From: Candidatus Bathyarchaeota archaeon
Lineage (GTDB): Archaea; Thermoproteota; Bathyarchaeia; TCS64
Assembly: GCA_963771885.1 (NCBI GenBank)
Contig: CAVYVF010000023.1
Coordinates: 608,001-672,000 of the forward strand
Length of the DNA stretch: 64,000 nucleotides
Direction: 5' to 3'
Position 1 is the first letter of the stretch. Every line of letters starts with the position of its first letter. The notes under the pieces were generated by a model that was not told the DNA's origin, made no database searches, and saw only the letters and a list, made by a program, of their open reading frames with translations. Below are positions 39,884 through 50,060 of the stretch, in pieces. Both the position numbers and the translations under genes were made by a program.

Positions 39884-40960
39884 ATGCTGGAGAGGGAGGC
39901 GGCGAAGTACCCGTTCCTCACTGAGGCGGCGAAGCTAGTCGACGCCCTCAACCTCCAGCTCGACGACCTCGCTAATCCTCTCTACGATAAGGTGCTCGAC
40001 CGCGCCGCCGAGCGCGTAATCCAAGCAATCGAGGACGGCGCAGTAGACGACAAGCTCGACGACTACATGACGGAGCTGCTCAGCTTCCCAGTCGCCGTCA
40101 TGTTCGTCTCGGTCGCGGGTGAGCAGTTCCTAAGCAGACGCTACGCCCTCTCTGAGGCGGTGCGCGTCTACTTCCTCCTGCAGGATGAGGATCGGGAGAA
40201 GCTCGCCCAGATAGCCCGGGAAGACTTCAGCTGGGACCTCAAGGACTCAGGAGAGCGTTATGACGGTGTGCTCCACGACTTCCGCCTCCACTTCCACGAC
40301 TACCTCCGTAGCTCCAGTAGCTTCCACGAGGACAAGTGGAAGCTCGTCAACCGCATAGTCAAGAATGGTTACGTTCTCCTCACCCAGCGCGAGGTGGCTC
40401 GCCTAATACAGGGGGAGGTGGAGACGCTCATCAAAGAGCGGTTGAAACCTGTTAAGATCAATCTTCCTGAGCCTCTGCAGAGGCGCCTCGACCGAGTCTC
40501 CAAGGTCTTCGAGGAGAACCGGCGCCGCCTAGGCGGCGAGGACCTACCAAGCGAGGTGCTCAACGAGGCTTTCCCACCCTGCATCCGCTTCTGCATGGAG
40601 GGGCTCCTCGCAGGGCGCCGCGCCAGCCACATGGAGCGCTTCGCCCTCACCAGCTTCCTAGTCACCATCGGGATGCCCCTCGACAGCCTCATAGACCTCT
40701 ACACGAGCGTCAGCGACTTCGACCCCGCCATGACAAAGTACCAGGTCGAGCACATCGCAGGCGTCAAGGGGAACAGGACGAAGTACACTCCGCCCCTCTG
40801 CGACACGCTCCGCACACACGGTATATGCCGGAATAAGGACGACATCTGCGAGCGAGTAAAGCACCCCCTCAGCTACTACCGCGCCAAAGCGCGCCGCCTA
40901 GCCTACCAGAGACCCTCACCCCAACCTCAAGCCTCAAATACGACTCCCCCCAGCCCATAG
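39884..40960 (+). CDS. priL: DNA primase large subunit
   Basis: AKYPFL, WKLVNR, FPPCI, H.ERF, YQVEHI, CDTL...C...C...HPLSYY. Confidence 0.95.
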   Translation: MLEREAAKYPFLTEAAKLVDALNLQLDDLANPLYDKVLDRAAERVIQAIEDGAVDDKLDDYMTELLSFPVAVMFVSVAGEQFLSRRYALSEAVRVYFLLQDEDREKLAQIAREDFSWDLKDSGERYDGVLHDFRLHFHDYLRSSSSFHEDKWKLVNRIVKNGYVLLTQREVARLIQGEVETLIKERLKPVKINLPEPLQRRLDRVSKVFEENRRRLGGEDLPSEVLNEAFPPCIRFCMEGLLAGRRASHMERFALTSFLVTIGMPLDSLIDLYTSVSDFDPAMTKYQVEHIAGVKGNRTKYTPPLCDTLRTHGICRNKDDICERVKHPLSYYRAKARRLAYQRPSPQPQASNTTPPSP

Positions 40961-40969
40961 ATCACCACA

Positions 40970-41092
40970 TTGGCGGACGTAAACGAGTCCATTAAGAACA
41001 CGGGGCTACACTTCTGCACCCAGTATAACAACCTCGTCAGGTTCAACCCCAAGTTCTGCGGCAAGTGCCCACACAACGGCCTGAAGAAGTAG
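40970..41092 (+). CDS. Small Cys/His-rich hypothetical protein (40 aa)
   Basis: TTG-started ORF MADVNESIKNTGLHFCTQYNNLVRFNPKFCGKCPHNGLKK*, 9 bp after the priL stop, host-like codon usage. Confidence 0.55.
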   Translation: MADVNESIKNTGLHFCTQYNNLVRFNPKFCGKCPHNGLKK

Positions 41093-41148
41093 CCCGCGTC
41101 GAAGCAAACCAGTTTTTAAAACGGGGAGATCACATCTACCTGATACCT

Positions 41149-42402
41149 ATGGAGTCGGACTGGGGTAGCCCAAAATTCGTAGCGGAACAGTTCCATAGGT
41201 GGTACCAGTCAAACGCGAGGACGATTCCCGCCCCAACAGAGATCAGGCAGAGGGAGTTCGCCTTCCTCCAGTTCGGGGGGAAGACGATGTTCCGCCACAT
41301 AGGCTTCCCAGACGAGGGCTCGTTCCGCCGCTACCTAGCAGAAAACAGCCCCGCCCACAGCTACCACAGCAGCAGCTACTATCAGCGCCCCGAGGCAGAC
41401 ATGGCGGGGAAGGGCTGGACAGGCGCAGACCTCGTCTTCGACATAGACGCCGACCACTTCGATCTCCCATGCCAGCACGAACACGACAAGTGGAAGTGCA
41501 AAAACTGCGGCGAATCAGGAACCGGGAAGCACCCCGAGATATGCAAGTGCGGCAAGGCCGCATTCGAGGAGGAGACCTGGCTCTGCGAACGCTGTCTACA
41601 GGCGGCGAAACATGAGACCCAGAAACTCCTCGACATGCTCATACAGGACCTTGGATTCAGCCCCGCGGGAGACTTAGTCGTCAACTTCTCAGGCAACAGG
41701 GGCTACCACGTTCACGTCAGGAGCACCAAGATAAGGAAGCTCGACCAGTACGGGCGCCGAGAGGTCGTCGACTACATCCTAGGCACCGGGCTCAAGCCGG
41801 AGTACCTCGGCTTCAACCCCCGCGCCAAGGGCGGGCGATCCACGCTCGCCGACGAGGGCTGGAGAGGCAGGGCGGGGAGAGCACTCTACGACTTCATCGC
41901 CTCGACTCCACCAGAGGAGATCAAGGCTCTAAAGATGGGACGCAAGATCACGAGCCTCCTAGTCAACGAGCGAGACAAAGCACTCACAATATTGGAGGAG
42001 AGCCACCCAAGCGTCCTCCTCAAGACCGTCGACGTAAGTGACGAGGACAAGCTAATGACCGACCTCTCCAAGCTGATGGAGATCGCCGTCAAAGAGCAAG
42101 CTGCGGACATAGATACCGTTGTCACCACTGACATCCACCGCCTAATTCGCCTACCCAACACCCTCCACGGGAAGACGGGCTGGCAGGTCCAGACGATCGA
42201 CCTCGACGGTCTCCCCGACTACGACCCGATGACGAGCGCCATAGCGTTCCGCACGGGGGAGGCGAAGGTATATGTCAGACACGCGCCGAAGGTACATATC
42301 GCCGACGCCGAGTGGGGGCCCTACACGCAGGAGTCCGTCACCGTGCCCACCGCTGTGGCGCTGTTCCTCCTCTGCAAGAAGGGGGCGAGGATAGACCAAT
42401 GA
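41149..42402 (+). CDS. priS: DNA primase small (catalytic) subunit with an extended zinc-ribbon insert
   Basis: REFAF, DLVFDIDAD, FSGNRGYHV and D..RLIRLP.TLHGKTG motifs. Confidence 0.96.
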   Translation: MESDWGSPKFVAEQFHRWYQSNARTIPAPTEIRQREFAFLQFGGKTMFRHIGFPDEGSFRRYLAENSPAHSYHSSSYYQRPEADMAGKGWTGADLVFDIDADHFDLPCQHEHDKWKCKNCGESGTGKHPEICKCGKAAFEEETWLCERCLQAAKHETQKLLDMLIQDLGFSPAGDLVVNFSGNRGYHVHVRSTKIRKLDQYGRREVVDYILGTGLKPEYLGFNPRAKGGRSTLADEGWRGRAGRALYDFIASTPPEEIKALKMGRKITSLLVNERDKALTILEESHPSVLLKTVDVSDEDKLMTDLSKLMEIAVKEQAADIDTVVTTDIHRLIRLPNTLHGKTGWQVQTIDLDGLPDYDPMTSAIAFRTGEAKVYVRHAPKVHIADAEWGPYTQESVTVPTAVALFLLCKKGARIDQ

Positions 42403-43019
42403 CAGACGAATACAGGATACTTTACGAGTCATGGAGGCGGGAAAAACAGCGCCCCGACATACAACCCCTTCCCGAGGGCTTCTACGCCGCCATAACAGCC
42501 TACGCCACGCAGCTAAAGGAGCAGACGAGGAGCACCGACAAGTCCACGGTCAAGGGCAAACTCGTCGAGAAGGAGCGCGACCACGCCGACAAGTTGGTAG
42601 CCGACCTCAACAAGCTACGCCTAGGCAAGCTCGTATCGGCTGAGCTGAACGGCGTACCAGTCGAACCGCTCAACCTCACAGCGGAGGAGAAGCGGCTACA
42701 GGTCGAGCTGCGACGCCTCATCGCAGCCCACACTCAGGGGCTGAAGCAGAGCCTTCAGGGGAGGGAGCCGAGGCCCGAGATTCAGGCGGCCGCCCCGCCT
42801 GATGTAACCCCCCGCCCCGCGCCACCTATACACGTCGTCGAAACAGGTGAACACGCTCTCAAAGTGGTTCGATTCACCCAGCCACTATCCGCTATAATGG
42901 GTGTAGACATGAAAACATATGGCCCATTCAAGGCCGAGGACGTCGCGAGCCTCCCAACCCAGAACGCGGATAACCTAATAAGGAAGGGCATAGCGAAGGT
43001 AGTGGAGACAGAGCCATGA
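42399..43019 (+). CDS. GINS complex subunit (Gins51-like)
   Basis: IQPLPEGFY A-domain and GVDMKTYGPFKAEDVASLP..NA..LI..G B-domain; follows priS. Confidence 0.88.
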   Translation: MTDEYRILYESWRREKQRPDIQPLPEGFYAAITAYATQLKEQTRSTDKSTVKGKLVEKERDHADKLVADLNKLRLGKLVSAELNGVPVEPLNLTAEEKRLQVELRRLIAAHTQGLKQSLQGREPRPEIQAAAPPDVTPRPAPPIHVVETGEHALKVVRFTQPLSAIMGVDMKTYGPFKAEDVASLPTQNADNLIRKGIAKVVETEP

Positions 43020-43291
43020 AAGTTCCAAAGATACTCAGGACCTTCTGCCCAAAGTGCAAGACGCACACTGAGTTCACTGTCACCATACACAAGGCAGGCA
43101 AGCGCCGCGGCGCCCGCAAAGGCGAGCGCGACCAAGCCATACGCAAGCAGGGCTACGGTGGCCAAAAGTTCCCGATGCAGCACAACCAGGCAAAGGTCAC
43201 AAAGAAGACCACGCTGCAACTTCAGTGCAAGGAGTGCAAGCACAGTCTGATGCGCGAGGGACTACGGCTCAAGAAGGCGGAGTTGGAGTAA
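43016..43291 (+). CDS. rpl44e: 50S ribosomal protein L44e
   Basis: TFCPKCKTH, GYGGQ and KVTKK motifs. Confidence 0.96.
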   Translation: MKVPKILRTFCPKCKTHTEFTVTIHKAGKRRGARKGERDQAIRKQGYGGQKFPMQHNQAKVTKKTTLQLQCKECKHSLMREGLRLKKAELE

Positions 43292-43292
43292 A

Positions 43293-43490
43293 ATGGCGGA
43301 ATGGGATAACTTGATTCCGAGGCCCACATCGCGTTTCCTACGCGTCAAGTGCCTCAGCTGCGAATCCGAGCAGATAGTTTTCAGCAACGCGACCCACGAG
43401 GTAAAGTGCCGCACGTGCGGAGAGGTACTCGCGAGGCCAACAGGTGGTAAAGCCGAGATAAACGGCTCCATCATGGCAGTTCTAGGGTGA
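43293..43490 (+). CDS. rps27e: 30S ribosomal protein S27e
   Basis: SRFLRVKC..C...QIVFS...C..CG..LA.PTGGKA. Confidence 0.96.
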   Translation: MAEWDNLIPRPTSRFLRVKCLSCESEQIVFSNATHEVKCRTCGEVLARPTGGKAEINGSIMAVLG

Positions 43491-44290
43491 CCAACCCGAT
43501 GAGTCTAGGGCGCGCCGAGTGGCCTGAAACTGGCGAGATGGTCGTCGCTACCGTCAGCCGCCTCGAGTCCTACGGCGCATATGTAACCCTGGACGAGTAC
43601 GAGAACAAGGAAGCACTACTGCACATCTCAGAGATCAGCTCTCGCTGGGTCAGAAACATACGCAACCACGTGCGCGAGAACCAGAAGGTCGTGCTACAGG
43701 TTCTCAGGGTTGACCCGTCCAAGAACCAGGTCGATCTCAGTCTGCGCAGGGTCAACAAGGATGACCGCAGGAAGAAGATCGAGGACTGGAAGAAGACCCG
43801 TAAGGGTGAGACTCTCCTCAAGCTAGCCGCCACAGAGCTTAAGATGACTCCCGGCGACCTGTTCGCGGAGATAAGCCCCAAGCTCAACGAGGCAAACATC
43901 AACCTCTACGACGCCCTCGAACAGGCGGCGAAGAAGGGCGTCAAGATATTCACGGACCTCGGCATTAAGGAGAAGATCGCGGACACCCTAGCGAACGTGG
44001 CGAAGGACAAGATAGTCGTCAAGGGCGTAACCGTCCAGGGAGTATTCGAGGTCACCGCCATGGGCAGCAGGGGAATCGAGGAGATCAAAGAGTACTTCCA
44101 GGGCGTCAAAGAGCTCGGCGAGGAATCCGAGTCGACAGTAAACCTATACACCCTCGGCTCACCAAAGTACCGCGTCGAAGTAACCGCCGAGGATTACAAG
44201 AAGGCCGAGTTCGCGCTAGACAAGGTCGTAAAGCACGCCGAGAAGGAGTGGGCCAAACACGAGGGTACCTTCTCCTTCAAGAGGGAGTAA
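43487..44290 (+). CDS. eif2a: Translation initiation factor 2 subunit alpha
   Basis: S1 domain with YGAYVTLDEY, HISEIS and VDLSLRRV; G.PKYR C-terminus. Confidence 0.95.
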   Translation: MTNPMSLGRAEWPETGEMVVATVSRLESYGAYVTLDEYENKEALLHISEISSRWVRNIRNHVRENQKVVLQVLRVDPSKNQVDLSLRRVNKDDRRKKIEDWKKTRKGETLLKLAATELKMTPGDLFAEISPKLNEANINLYDALEQAAKKGVKIFTDLGIKEKIADTLANVAKDKIVVKGVTVQGVFEVTAMGSRGIEEIKEYFQGVKELGEESESTVNLYTLGSPKYRVEVTAEDYKKAEFALDKVVKHAEKEWAKHEGTFSFKRE

Positions 44291-44296
44291 TCGACT

Positions 44297-44480
44297 TTGG
44301 TATGGCTACTCCGCAAATGCGAAAAGTGCGGCACCTACACGCTTCACGAGGACGCCTGCCCCAAATGCGGAGGGCACGTAATAGCCACCCCACCCAGCCA
44401 AGTTCTCTATGGATGACAAGTACCGCAGGTACCGCCTCATAATGAAGCGGATGTCAAACCACGAAGAAACCGCAAGTTAG
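44297..44480 (+). CDS. nop10: H/ACA RNP protein Nop10 (+1 indel near 44387)
   Basis: MVWLLRKCEKCGTYTL..CPKCGG then PHPAKFSMDDKYRRYR in the shifted frame; canonical position after aIF2alpha. Confidence 0.9.
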
Positions 44481-44551
44481 CGCCTTTAGGCTAATTTTTC
44501 CTAAAAAAGATTTTATATTATCCTTCCGTCATGGATTCTTAGGCGACTACA

Positions 44552-44923
44552 TTGGCGAAAACATATGTACGCATCTACGGTCCACCCGTAATGAAAGCTC
44601 TCCAGGCACTCGAGGGCGTAGCGGTCGAGATGTCCCGAGAGAAGGAAGTCAAGTTCAGCCACAAGTGCATACCCTACCCGACAAGGATGCAGGCCGACAA
44701 CCGCGACTGGCAGAACTACCTAGCTAACCTCAAGAGCACATACGTCGACTGCTACGAACCCGCGAAGATCATCAGCGACGCGAAGCAGCTCCTAGGCGAG
44801 TACGACTTCATGTTCGAGTGGGTCGACAAGAAGCCCACGATGAAGCAACTCGAAACGCTCATCGAGAAGATCGACAAGGCACTCACGGGCATGGGTGTAC
44901 ACTACACCCTGACCACCGAGTAA
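44552..44923 (+). CDS. Hypothetical protein
   Basis: 123-aa ORF with host codon usage and its own TATA (TTTTATA at about 44511). Confidence 0.75.
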   Translation: MAKTYVRIYGPPVMKALQALEGVAVEMSREKEVKFSHKCIPYPTRMQADNRDWQNYLANLKSTYVDCYEPAKIISDAKQLLGEYDFMFEWVDKKPTMKQLETLIEKIDKALTGMGVHYTLTTE

Positions 44924-45008
44924 GCCCAAGACCCCCTTTTACAACTGCAGAGCCCACTCTGGGCTGGCGTTTTATTACATAAAAAAGACTAGTTGAAAGT
45001 GGGTTCGT

Positions 45009-45206
45009 TTAGGCTGTTGCCTGCTCTTCGGTTGCCTTCTCGGCTTCCCTGAGCGCCTTTCGTTCGTTGAGCTCCTCGTAGACGATGAAGGCCGGCATGA
45101 TGACCCACAATGCGATCATGAGCCAGAACAGCATATTATCATACGTGTCCGCAGCCTCACCGACTAGCCTGAGCAGGCTTGCCATCACTAGTAGTCCGTT
45201 CATCAC
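45009..45206 (-). CDS. Small membrane protein downstream of the ABC permeases
   Basis: Hydrophobic segment [18 protein letters not shown]; start overlaps the permease stop. Confidence 0.6.
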   Translation of the reverse strand: MMNGLLVMASLLRLVGEAADTYDNMLFWLMIALWVIMPAFIVYEELNERKALREAEKATEEQATA

Positions 45207-46366
45207 TTCTTCGCCTCCTTCTTACCCGCCTTTGGCGCTGCGCGCCAGTCTACCTTCACATCCTCATGAATCATCTTGGTGTAGTTGACTCCAGGGATGT
45301 AGAGGAGCTTCTCGGGGATCAGCCCGTTGGGTCTGAAGATCATGACGCCGACCAGCAGACCGCCGAGGATGATGTCCTCGAGGTATGAGATGGGGAAGAA
45401 GAACACGGTCTGTAGCTGGAACTTGAACACTATGATGACACGCCTGAGGGCGATGATCAAAGCCGCACCGAGGAAGGTTCCGGCGTTGTTGCCGGGGCCG
45501 CCCAAGATGAGCATCAGCCATGGCCAGTACGTCCAGTAGGCGCGCTGGTAGCCGTTCTCGTTCGAGAACTGTAGGTAGTAAACATTGAGGACGCCTGCGA
45601 TCGCGGTGACGCCCGACGCGAACATGAGGATGTTGCGGCGGATACCTACGACGTTCTTACCGATGCTGCCCAGGGTGACCTCGTTCTCCCTCATGGCGCG
45701 CATCAACCTGCCGTAGGGCGAGTTGAGCATCGTCCTGAAGATGAAGAAACTGATCAGCCCAAGCAGCAATGTGACGACGGCCAAGATGACACCGATGTCA
45801 CCCGGATACCAGGCAAAGACGTTGGGGATCCAGACTCCGAGCGTACCGCCGGAGATGAATGTAACGTTCCTGCCTATGATCTGGGAGGCGTCCGAGATGG
45901 TGATGAGGACGATCATAAGGTAAGTTGCCCTGAGGCGGATGGCCGGTAGGGCGAGCAGGTAACCGATAACCGCCCCCAGTATGACCGCCAGCCCGAGACT
46001 TAGTAGGAAGAAGCCGATAGCCGTTGGCGCGTTGACCTCTAGCAACTTGTTGGCGAGTCCGACGTTCTTCGGGTTGCTGTAGATCCACTTGAAGGGATCG
46101 TTCCAATCGTCAAGTGGGACCCCCGCCGATGAGATGACCGTGAACATGATCCTCATGACGATTGCGCTGACCGTGAAGGCTCCAATGATGACCTGTACTG
46201 CGCACCCCATGTTAGGGATGCCGGCGTTACCGTATTGGAAGTTAAGTGCCATAGCTACAATGACGAGCATGCCGAAGAACATGGCGATGTCTACGACGAG
46301 TCTGTTCGTGCCCTCGATAGCCATAGGCATCGAGCTTAGTATCCCAAGAGCTATGTTAGCGTACAT
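45203..46366 (-). CDS. Branched-chain amino acid ABC transporter permease (LivM-like)
   Basis: [31 protein letters not shown] and LGGPGN motifs. Confidence 0.9.
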   Translation of the reverse strand: MYANIALGILSSMPMAIEGTNRLVVDIAMFFGMLVIVAMALNFQYGNAGIPNMGCAVQVIIGAFTVSAIVMRIMFTVISSAGVPLDDWNDPFKWIYSNPKNVGLANKLLEVNAPTAIGFFLLSLGLAVILGAVIGYLLALPAIRLRATYLMIVLITISDASQIIGRNVTFISGGTLGVWIPNVFAWYPGDIGVILAVVTLLLGLISFFIFRTMLNSPYGRLMRAMRENEVTLGSIGKNVVGIRRNILMFASGVTAIAGVLNVYYLQFSNENGYQRAYWTYWPWLMLILGGPGNNAGTFLGAALIIALRRVIIVFKFQLQTVFFFPISYLEDIILGGLLVGVMIFRPNGLIPEKLLYIPGVNYTKMIHEDVKVDWRAAPKAGKKEAKK

Positions 46367-47334
46367 TACTTCTTCTCCTCCGTTATCTCGGCCTGCTTCT
46401 CAGGCTCCTTCGGGATCGGCTTTGCCCTCGACCTCTGCCAACTCTCATAGAATCCCTGTATTCCCCTCGGCTCGATGAGAAGCACTATGATGAGGAAGAC
46501 CATTGGGATGAGCGGCCTGTACTCGCCGAACCATGTGCCAATCAGCAGCTGCCCGGCGTATGTCAACATAATCTCCGCTATACCGATCGTGAAGCCACCA
46601 ATGACTGCACCGTAGACGCTGTCGAAGCCTCCGAGAAGGCTTCCCGCCATGATGCTCGTAATGATGCCTGAGCCAGTACCCGGGTTGCTCTGCAGCCACA
46701 TCGGGATCATAGCGCCGGCGAGACACGCGAGTCCGCCGGTCAGGAACCACGAGAAGAGCTGAACATTGTTGATGTTGATGCCGAGGACCGACGCAAGTTC
46801 GGGGTCCTCAGCGGTCGCCCTCATGGCGATGCCCGTCTTTGTCTTTGTAAGCAGATAGTGGAGCATGATGACTGTGGCGATGCTGATGCCGATCGAGACG
46901 AAGAATATACCCGAGATGTCTCCAACCTTGAAGTCCCACTCCTTGAGTAGGAAGCCCGACGCATATTGGTGGTAGAACGTGATGAAGATGTAGGAATAGA
47001 TGAAGAGCAGGGCTCCCAAGAAGATCTGGATAGCGAGGGTCGCGATCGTCAAGACGATCGAGCCGCTACCCATCTTCGTCAGGGTACTGATGACCAGCTT
47101 GTAAACGATTACACTGATCACGCCGCCTATGATAAAGGCGAAGGGCAGCCCATAGTACGGGTTGATGCCCCAGAACTTGGCGAACGTGTAACTCACGTAA
47201 ATGCCAATGCCTGCGTAAGTTCCGTGGGCGAAGTTTGGAATCTTGGCGGTGAGGTAAGTTAGTGTGAAACCGACACTTAGGAGAGTCAGCTCACTAGCGA
47301 AAGTGATTGCCATAATCCATAATGTAAGATCCAT
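46366..47334 (-). CDS. Branched-chain amino acid ABC transporter permease (LivH-like)
   Basis: GFTLTY...NFAHG and TKTGIAMRATAED.ELA..LGIN motifs. Confidence 0.92.
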   Translation of the reverse strand: MDLTLWIMAITFASELTLLSVGFTLTYLTAKIPNFAHGTYAGIGIYVSYTFAKFWGINPYYGLPFAFIIGGVISVIVYKLVISTLTKMGSGSIVLTIATLAIQIFLGALLFIYSYIFITFYHQYASGFLLKEWDFKVGDISGIFFVSIGISIATVIMLHYLLTKTKTGIAMRATAEDPELASVLGININNVQLFSWFLTGGLACLAGAMIPMWLQSNPGTGSGIITSIMAGSLLGGFDSVYGAVIGGFTIGIAEIMLTYAGQLLIGTWFGEYRPLIPMVFLIIVLLIEPRGIQGFYESWQRSRAKPIPKEPEKQAEITEEKK

Positions 47335-47582
47335 TTTTTCTCCGCAGACCTCAACAACCTGTTTTATTTATAATAGTTTTCATCGAAAAACCCTTGAGTA
47401 CAGGAATGGTATAAAAAGAGTCGATAATATATATCATTTTTAACAGGTCTATGTGATTCTCTCTAGAGTTATTGTGTTAAACTTTGAGATAAGCCATAGA
47501 TCTGGCACTTTACGGCACATTATGTCAAGTCTTAAATATAATGGTAGGAAGTCTACTAACTGCGACAACAAAGGTGTAAAAA

Positions 47583-48929
47583 ATGGCAGATAAAGGAATG
47601 ACATTAGCAATAGTGCTACTAGTCGCGGGATTGATCGTAGGCGGAGGCATCGGCTACTTCGCCGCCCCACAGGGTGGCGACGGCCAGACGGTGACAGTCA
47701 CTGTCCCCGGTTCAGTAGTCAAAGAAGCACCGCTCAAGGGCGCGACTGTGAAGTTTGGATACATCGCAGCCTCGACGACAAGTCTCGAAACTGGTAAGCC
47801 ATATCACGAGCAGATTATCGCCCCAGGACTCAACGACTACGCGGAGCTTATGGGCTATGACGTATCGTTCGAGTACCTCATTGACGACGCCACAGGACAG
47901 GCCCAGGTCCACCTCGAAAAGGTCCAGGGCTTCAAGTCCACCGGCGTCACCATCTTCGAGGGTGGCGGCTGGTCAAGCCAGGCGCAGTCTGCTCTCAGCT
48001 ACTGCAACGCAAACGAGGTCCTCATGTGGAGCAGCTCCTCCACATCCCCGACGCTCGCAATCGCCGATGACTATCTCTTCCGTATGTGTACCGCTGACAC
48101 GGCTCTCGCCCCAGCGCTCGCTAACGTTATGTGGGCAGCGGGTGTCAAGTCGATCGTCATCTTCCAGCGCGGCGACTCGTGGGGAGACGGCATCGTCAAC
48201 CTCCTTGTTCCCATCTGGGAGCAGAAGGGCGGTAACGTAGCTGGCGACATCGTCAGGTACGCGGCTGAGTCAACGGAGTTCTCCAACTACCTAACCCTAG
48301 CCGACGCGACGGTGGCCGCTGCGGTCACCGCGAACGGCGGCGAGAAGCAGAGGGTTGGCGTGATCATACTCTCGTTCGACGAGATCCCCGTGATACTCAA
48401 GCAGGCAAGCAGTTACGACAACATCTACAACGTCCACTGGTGGGGCAGCGACGGTACTGCGAAGAGCCAGCGCGCTATGGATGATGCGCCTGAGGAGGCT
48501 AACCACATTGGAATCTACAGCTTCCTCTCTCGTGAGACCATTACGTCGAGGTACCTAGATCTTCAGGCAAGGTACACGGCTCTGACTGCTCAGCAGTTCA
48601 GCACATACTCCGCGTACTCCTACGACATCGGTTCTGTCCTAGCAACCTCGGTGCTGCAGGCTCAGAGCCAAGCTGGTAAGGACATCCTCGACCTACAGGA
48701 TCCGATATGCCTTAACACGTTCGGTGTTGCAGGCTGGTCTCGTCTCGACGAGTTCGGCGACAGGTTCGCTCCTCCATACGATGTCTGGGGCTTCTTCCCT
48801 GGTACCAACGTTGGTAGTCCGAACACCGAGAAGGCTTCAGTCAGCATCATAATGGCGCAGTACGACCCTGACACACTGGTCACGGTCTTCAGACCGGATG
48901 TCCTGGGCTACACACCCATCGGACCATAA
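47583..48929 (+). CDS. ABC transporter substrate-binding protein (LivJ/K-like), membrane anchored
   Basis: N-terminal TM helix, STSPTLA..DDYLFR, DSWGDG and YSYD motifs. Confidence 0.9.
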   Translation: MADKGMTLAIVLLVAGLIVGGGIGYFAAPQGGDGQTVTVTVPGSVVKEAPLKGATVKFGYIAASTTSLETGKPYHEQIIAPGLNDYAELMGYDVSFEYLIDDATGQAQVHLEKVQGFKSTGVTIFEGGGWSSQAQSALSYCNANEVLMWSSSSTSPTLAIADDYLFRMCTADTALAPALANVMWAAGVKSIVIFQRGDSWGDGIVNLLVPIWEQKGGNVAGDIVRYAAESTEFSNYLTLADATVAAAVTANGGEKQRVGVIILSFDEIPVILKQASSYDNIYNVHWWGSDGTAKSQRAMDDAPEEANHIGIYSFLSRETITSRYLDLQARYTALTAQQFSTYSAYSYDIGSVLATSVLQAQSQAGKDILDLQDPICLNTFGVAGWSRLDEFGDRFAPPYDVWGFFPGTNVGSPNTEKASVSIIMAQYDPDTLVTVFRPDVLGYTPIGP

Positions 48930-48950
48930 GCCTCTAGACAAACCATACAT

Positions 48951-48967
48951 CCTTTTCTTTTTTCTTC
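48951..48967 (+). terminator. Oligo-T terminator
   Basis: CCTTTTCTTTTTTCTT about 20 bp after the stop. Confidence 0.5.
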
Positions 48968-49230
48968 ATTTATTTCTGACTCCTAGATGCCTGACTGCGT
49001 TTTTTTTTCAAAATTACCGCTTAGCCATATCTGTGCTTCACCAAATATTCGTAAATATACCCGAGCTACTAAGAATGGTCAGTGAACTTTTATTGTAACA
49101 TCGAAGCTAAATCTAAGACACTATTACTGCTACTCGGCCGGTGAACAGGGGCGATTCAAGGCGTAGATGAAGCTTCAACGGGGTGGAAACCTCGTTTTTT
49201 CTTTACTTCTAAAATTTTTGAATAAATATT

Positions 49231-49245
49231 TGCCTTTAAAAGGCA
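49231..49245. promoter_or_regulatory. Perfect 7-1-7 palindrome upstream of the ABC ATPase TATA
   Basis: TGCCTTT-A-AAAGGCA, followed by TATTTAAA at about 49257. Confidence 0.45.
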
Positions 49246-49301
49246 CTCTGCAAAACTATTTAAACTCTATACTGGGTACAGATACGGTAGTTGATGCTGG
49301 T

Positions 49302-50060
49302 ATGTCGGAGATTCTCAGAATCGAAAACGTAAGTAAGTATTTCGGTCGATTCGCCGCCGTTGATGGCATCAGCATCGGCCTCAAGGAAGGCGGAATATAC
49401 CTCCTTGTCGGCCCTAACGGCTGCGGAAAATCGACCCTCACAAACTGCATTTCAGGTCTATTCCACCCAGAAGAGGGACACATCTACTACAGGGACGTAG
49501 ACATTACGAAAGAGGAGATGTACAAGATCTCTAGGATGGGCCTCGTCAGGACCTTCCAGATCGCATCCCCTTTCCTCAGGCTCACGACCCTCGAGAATAT
49601 GCTCGTCGCCCTCCCCGATAACGCGGGTGAGAACCTCTTCAAGTCACTTGCAAAGCCAACGTGGGTCGACAGCGAGATCAGTGCCGTCAGAAGGGCTTCT
49701 GAGCTCCTCAAGGTCCTCGGGCTCAAGCATGTCTGGAACAAGCCCGCTAACACGCTGAGCGGAGGTGAGCTCAAGCTCCTCGAGATCGGCAGGACGCTGA
49801 TGTCGGGGGCCGAGACAATACTTCTTGACGAGCCCGTGGGCAGCATCGACCCCAAGCTCTGCCACCAGATCTTCAACCACGTCCTCCGACTCCGTGACGA
49901 GCTAGGCATCACCTTCCTTGTCATCGAGCACAGGCTCGAGGTCGCGGCGCAGTACGCGGATCACGTCTTTGCAATGGACCGCGGTAAGCTGGTTGTCGAA
50001 GGCACTGCAGAAGAGGTGTTCGAGGACCCACGCGTCATCGAAGCCTATCTAGGTGAGTAA
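49302..50060 (+). CDS. ABC ATP-binding protein (LivG-like)
   Basis: GPNGCGKST, RTFQ, LSGGE, LLDEP and IEH motifs. Confidence 0.93.
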   Translation: MSEILRIENVSKYFGRFAAVDGISIGLKEGGIYLLVGPNGCGKSTLTNCISGLFHPEEGHIYYRDVDITKEEMYKISRMGLVRTFQIASPFLRLTTLENMLVALPDNAGENLFKSLAKPTWVDSEISAVRRASELLKVLGLKHVWNKPANTLSGGELKLLEIGRTLMSGAETILLDEPVGSIDPKLCHQIFNHVLRLRDELGITFLVIEHRLEVAAQYADHVFAMDRGKLVVEGTAEEVFEDPRVIEAYLGE

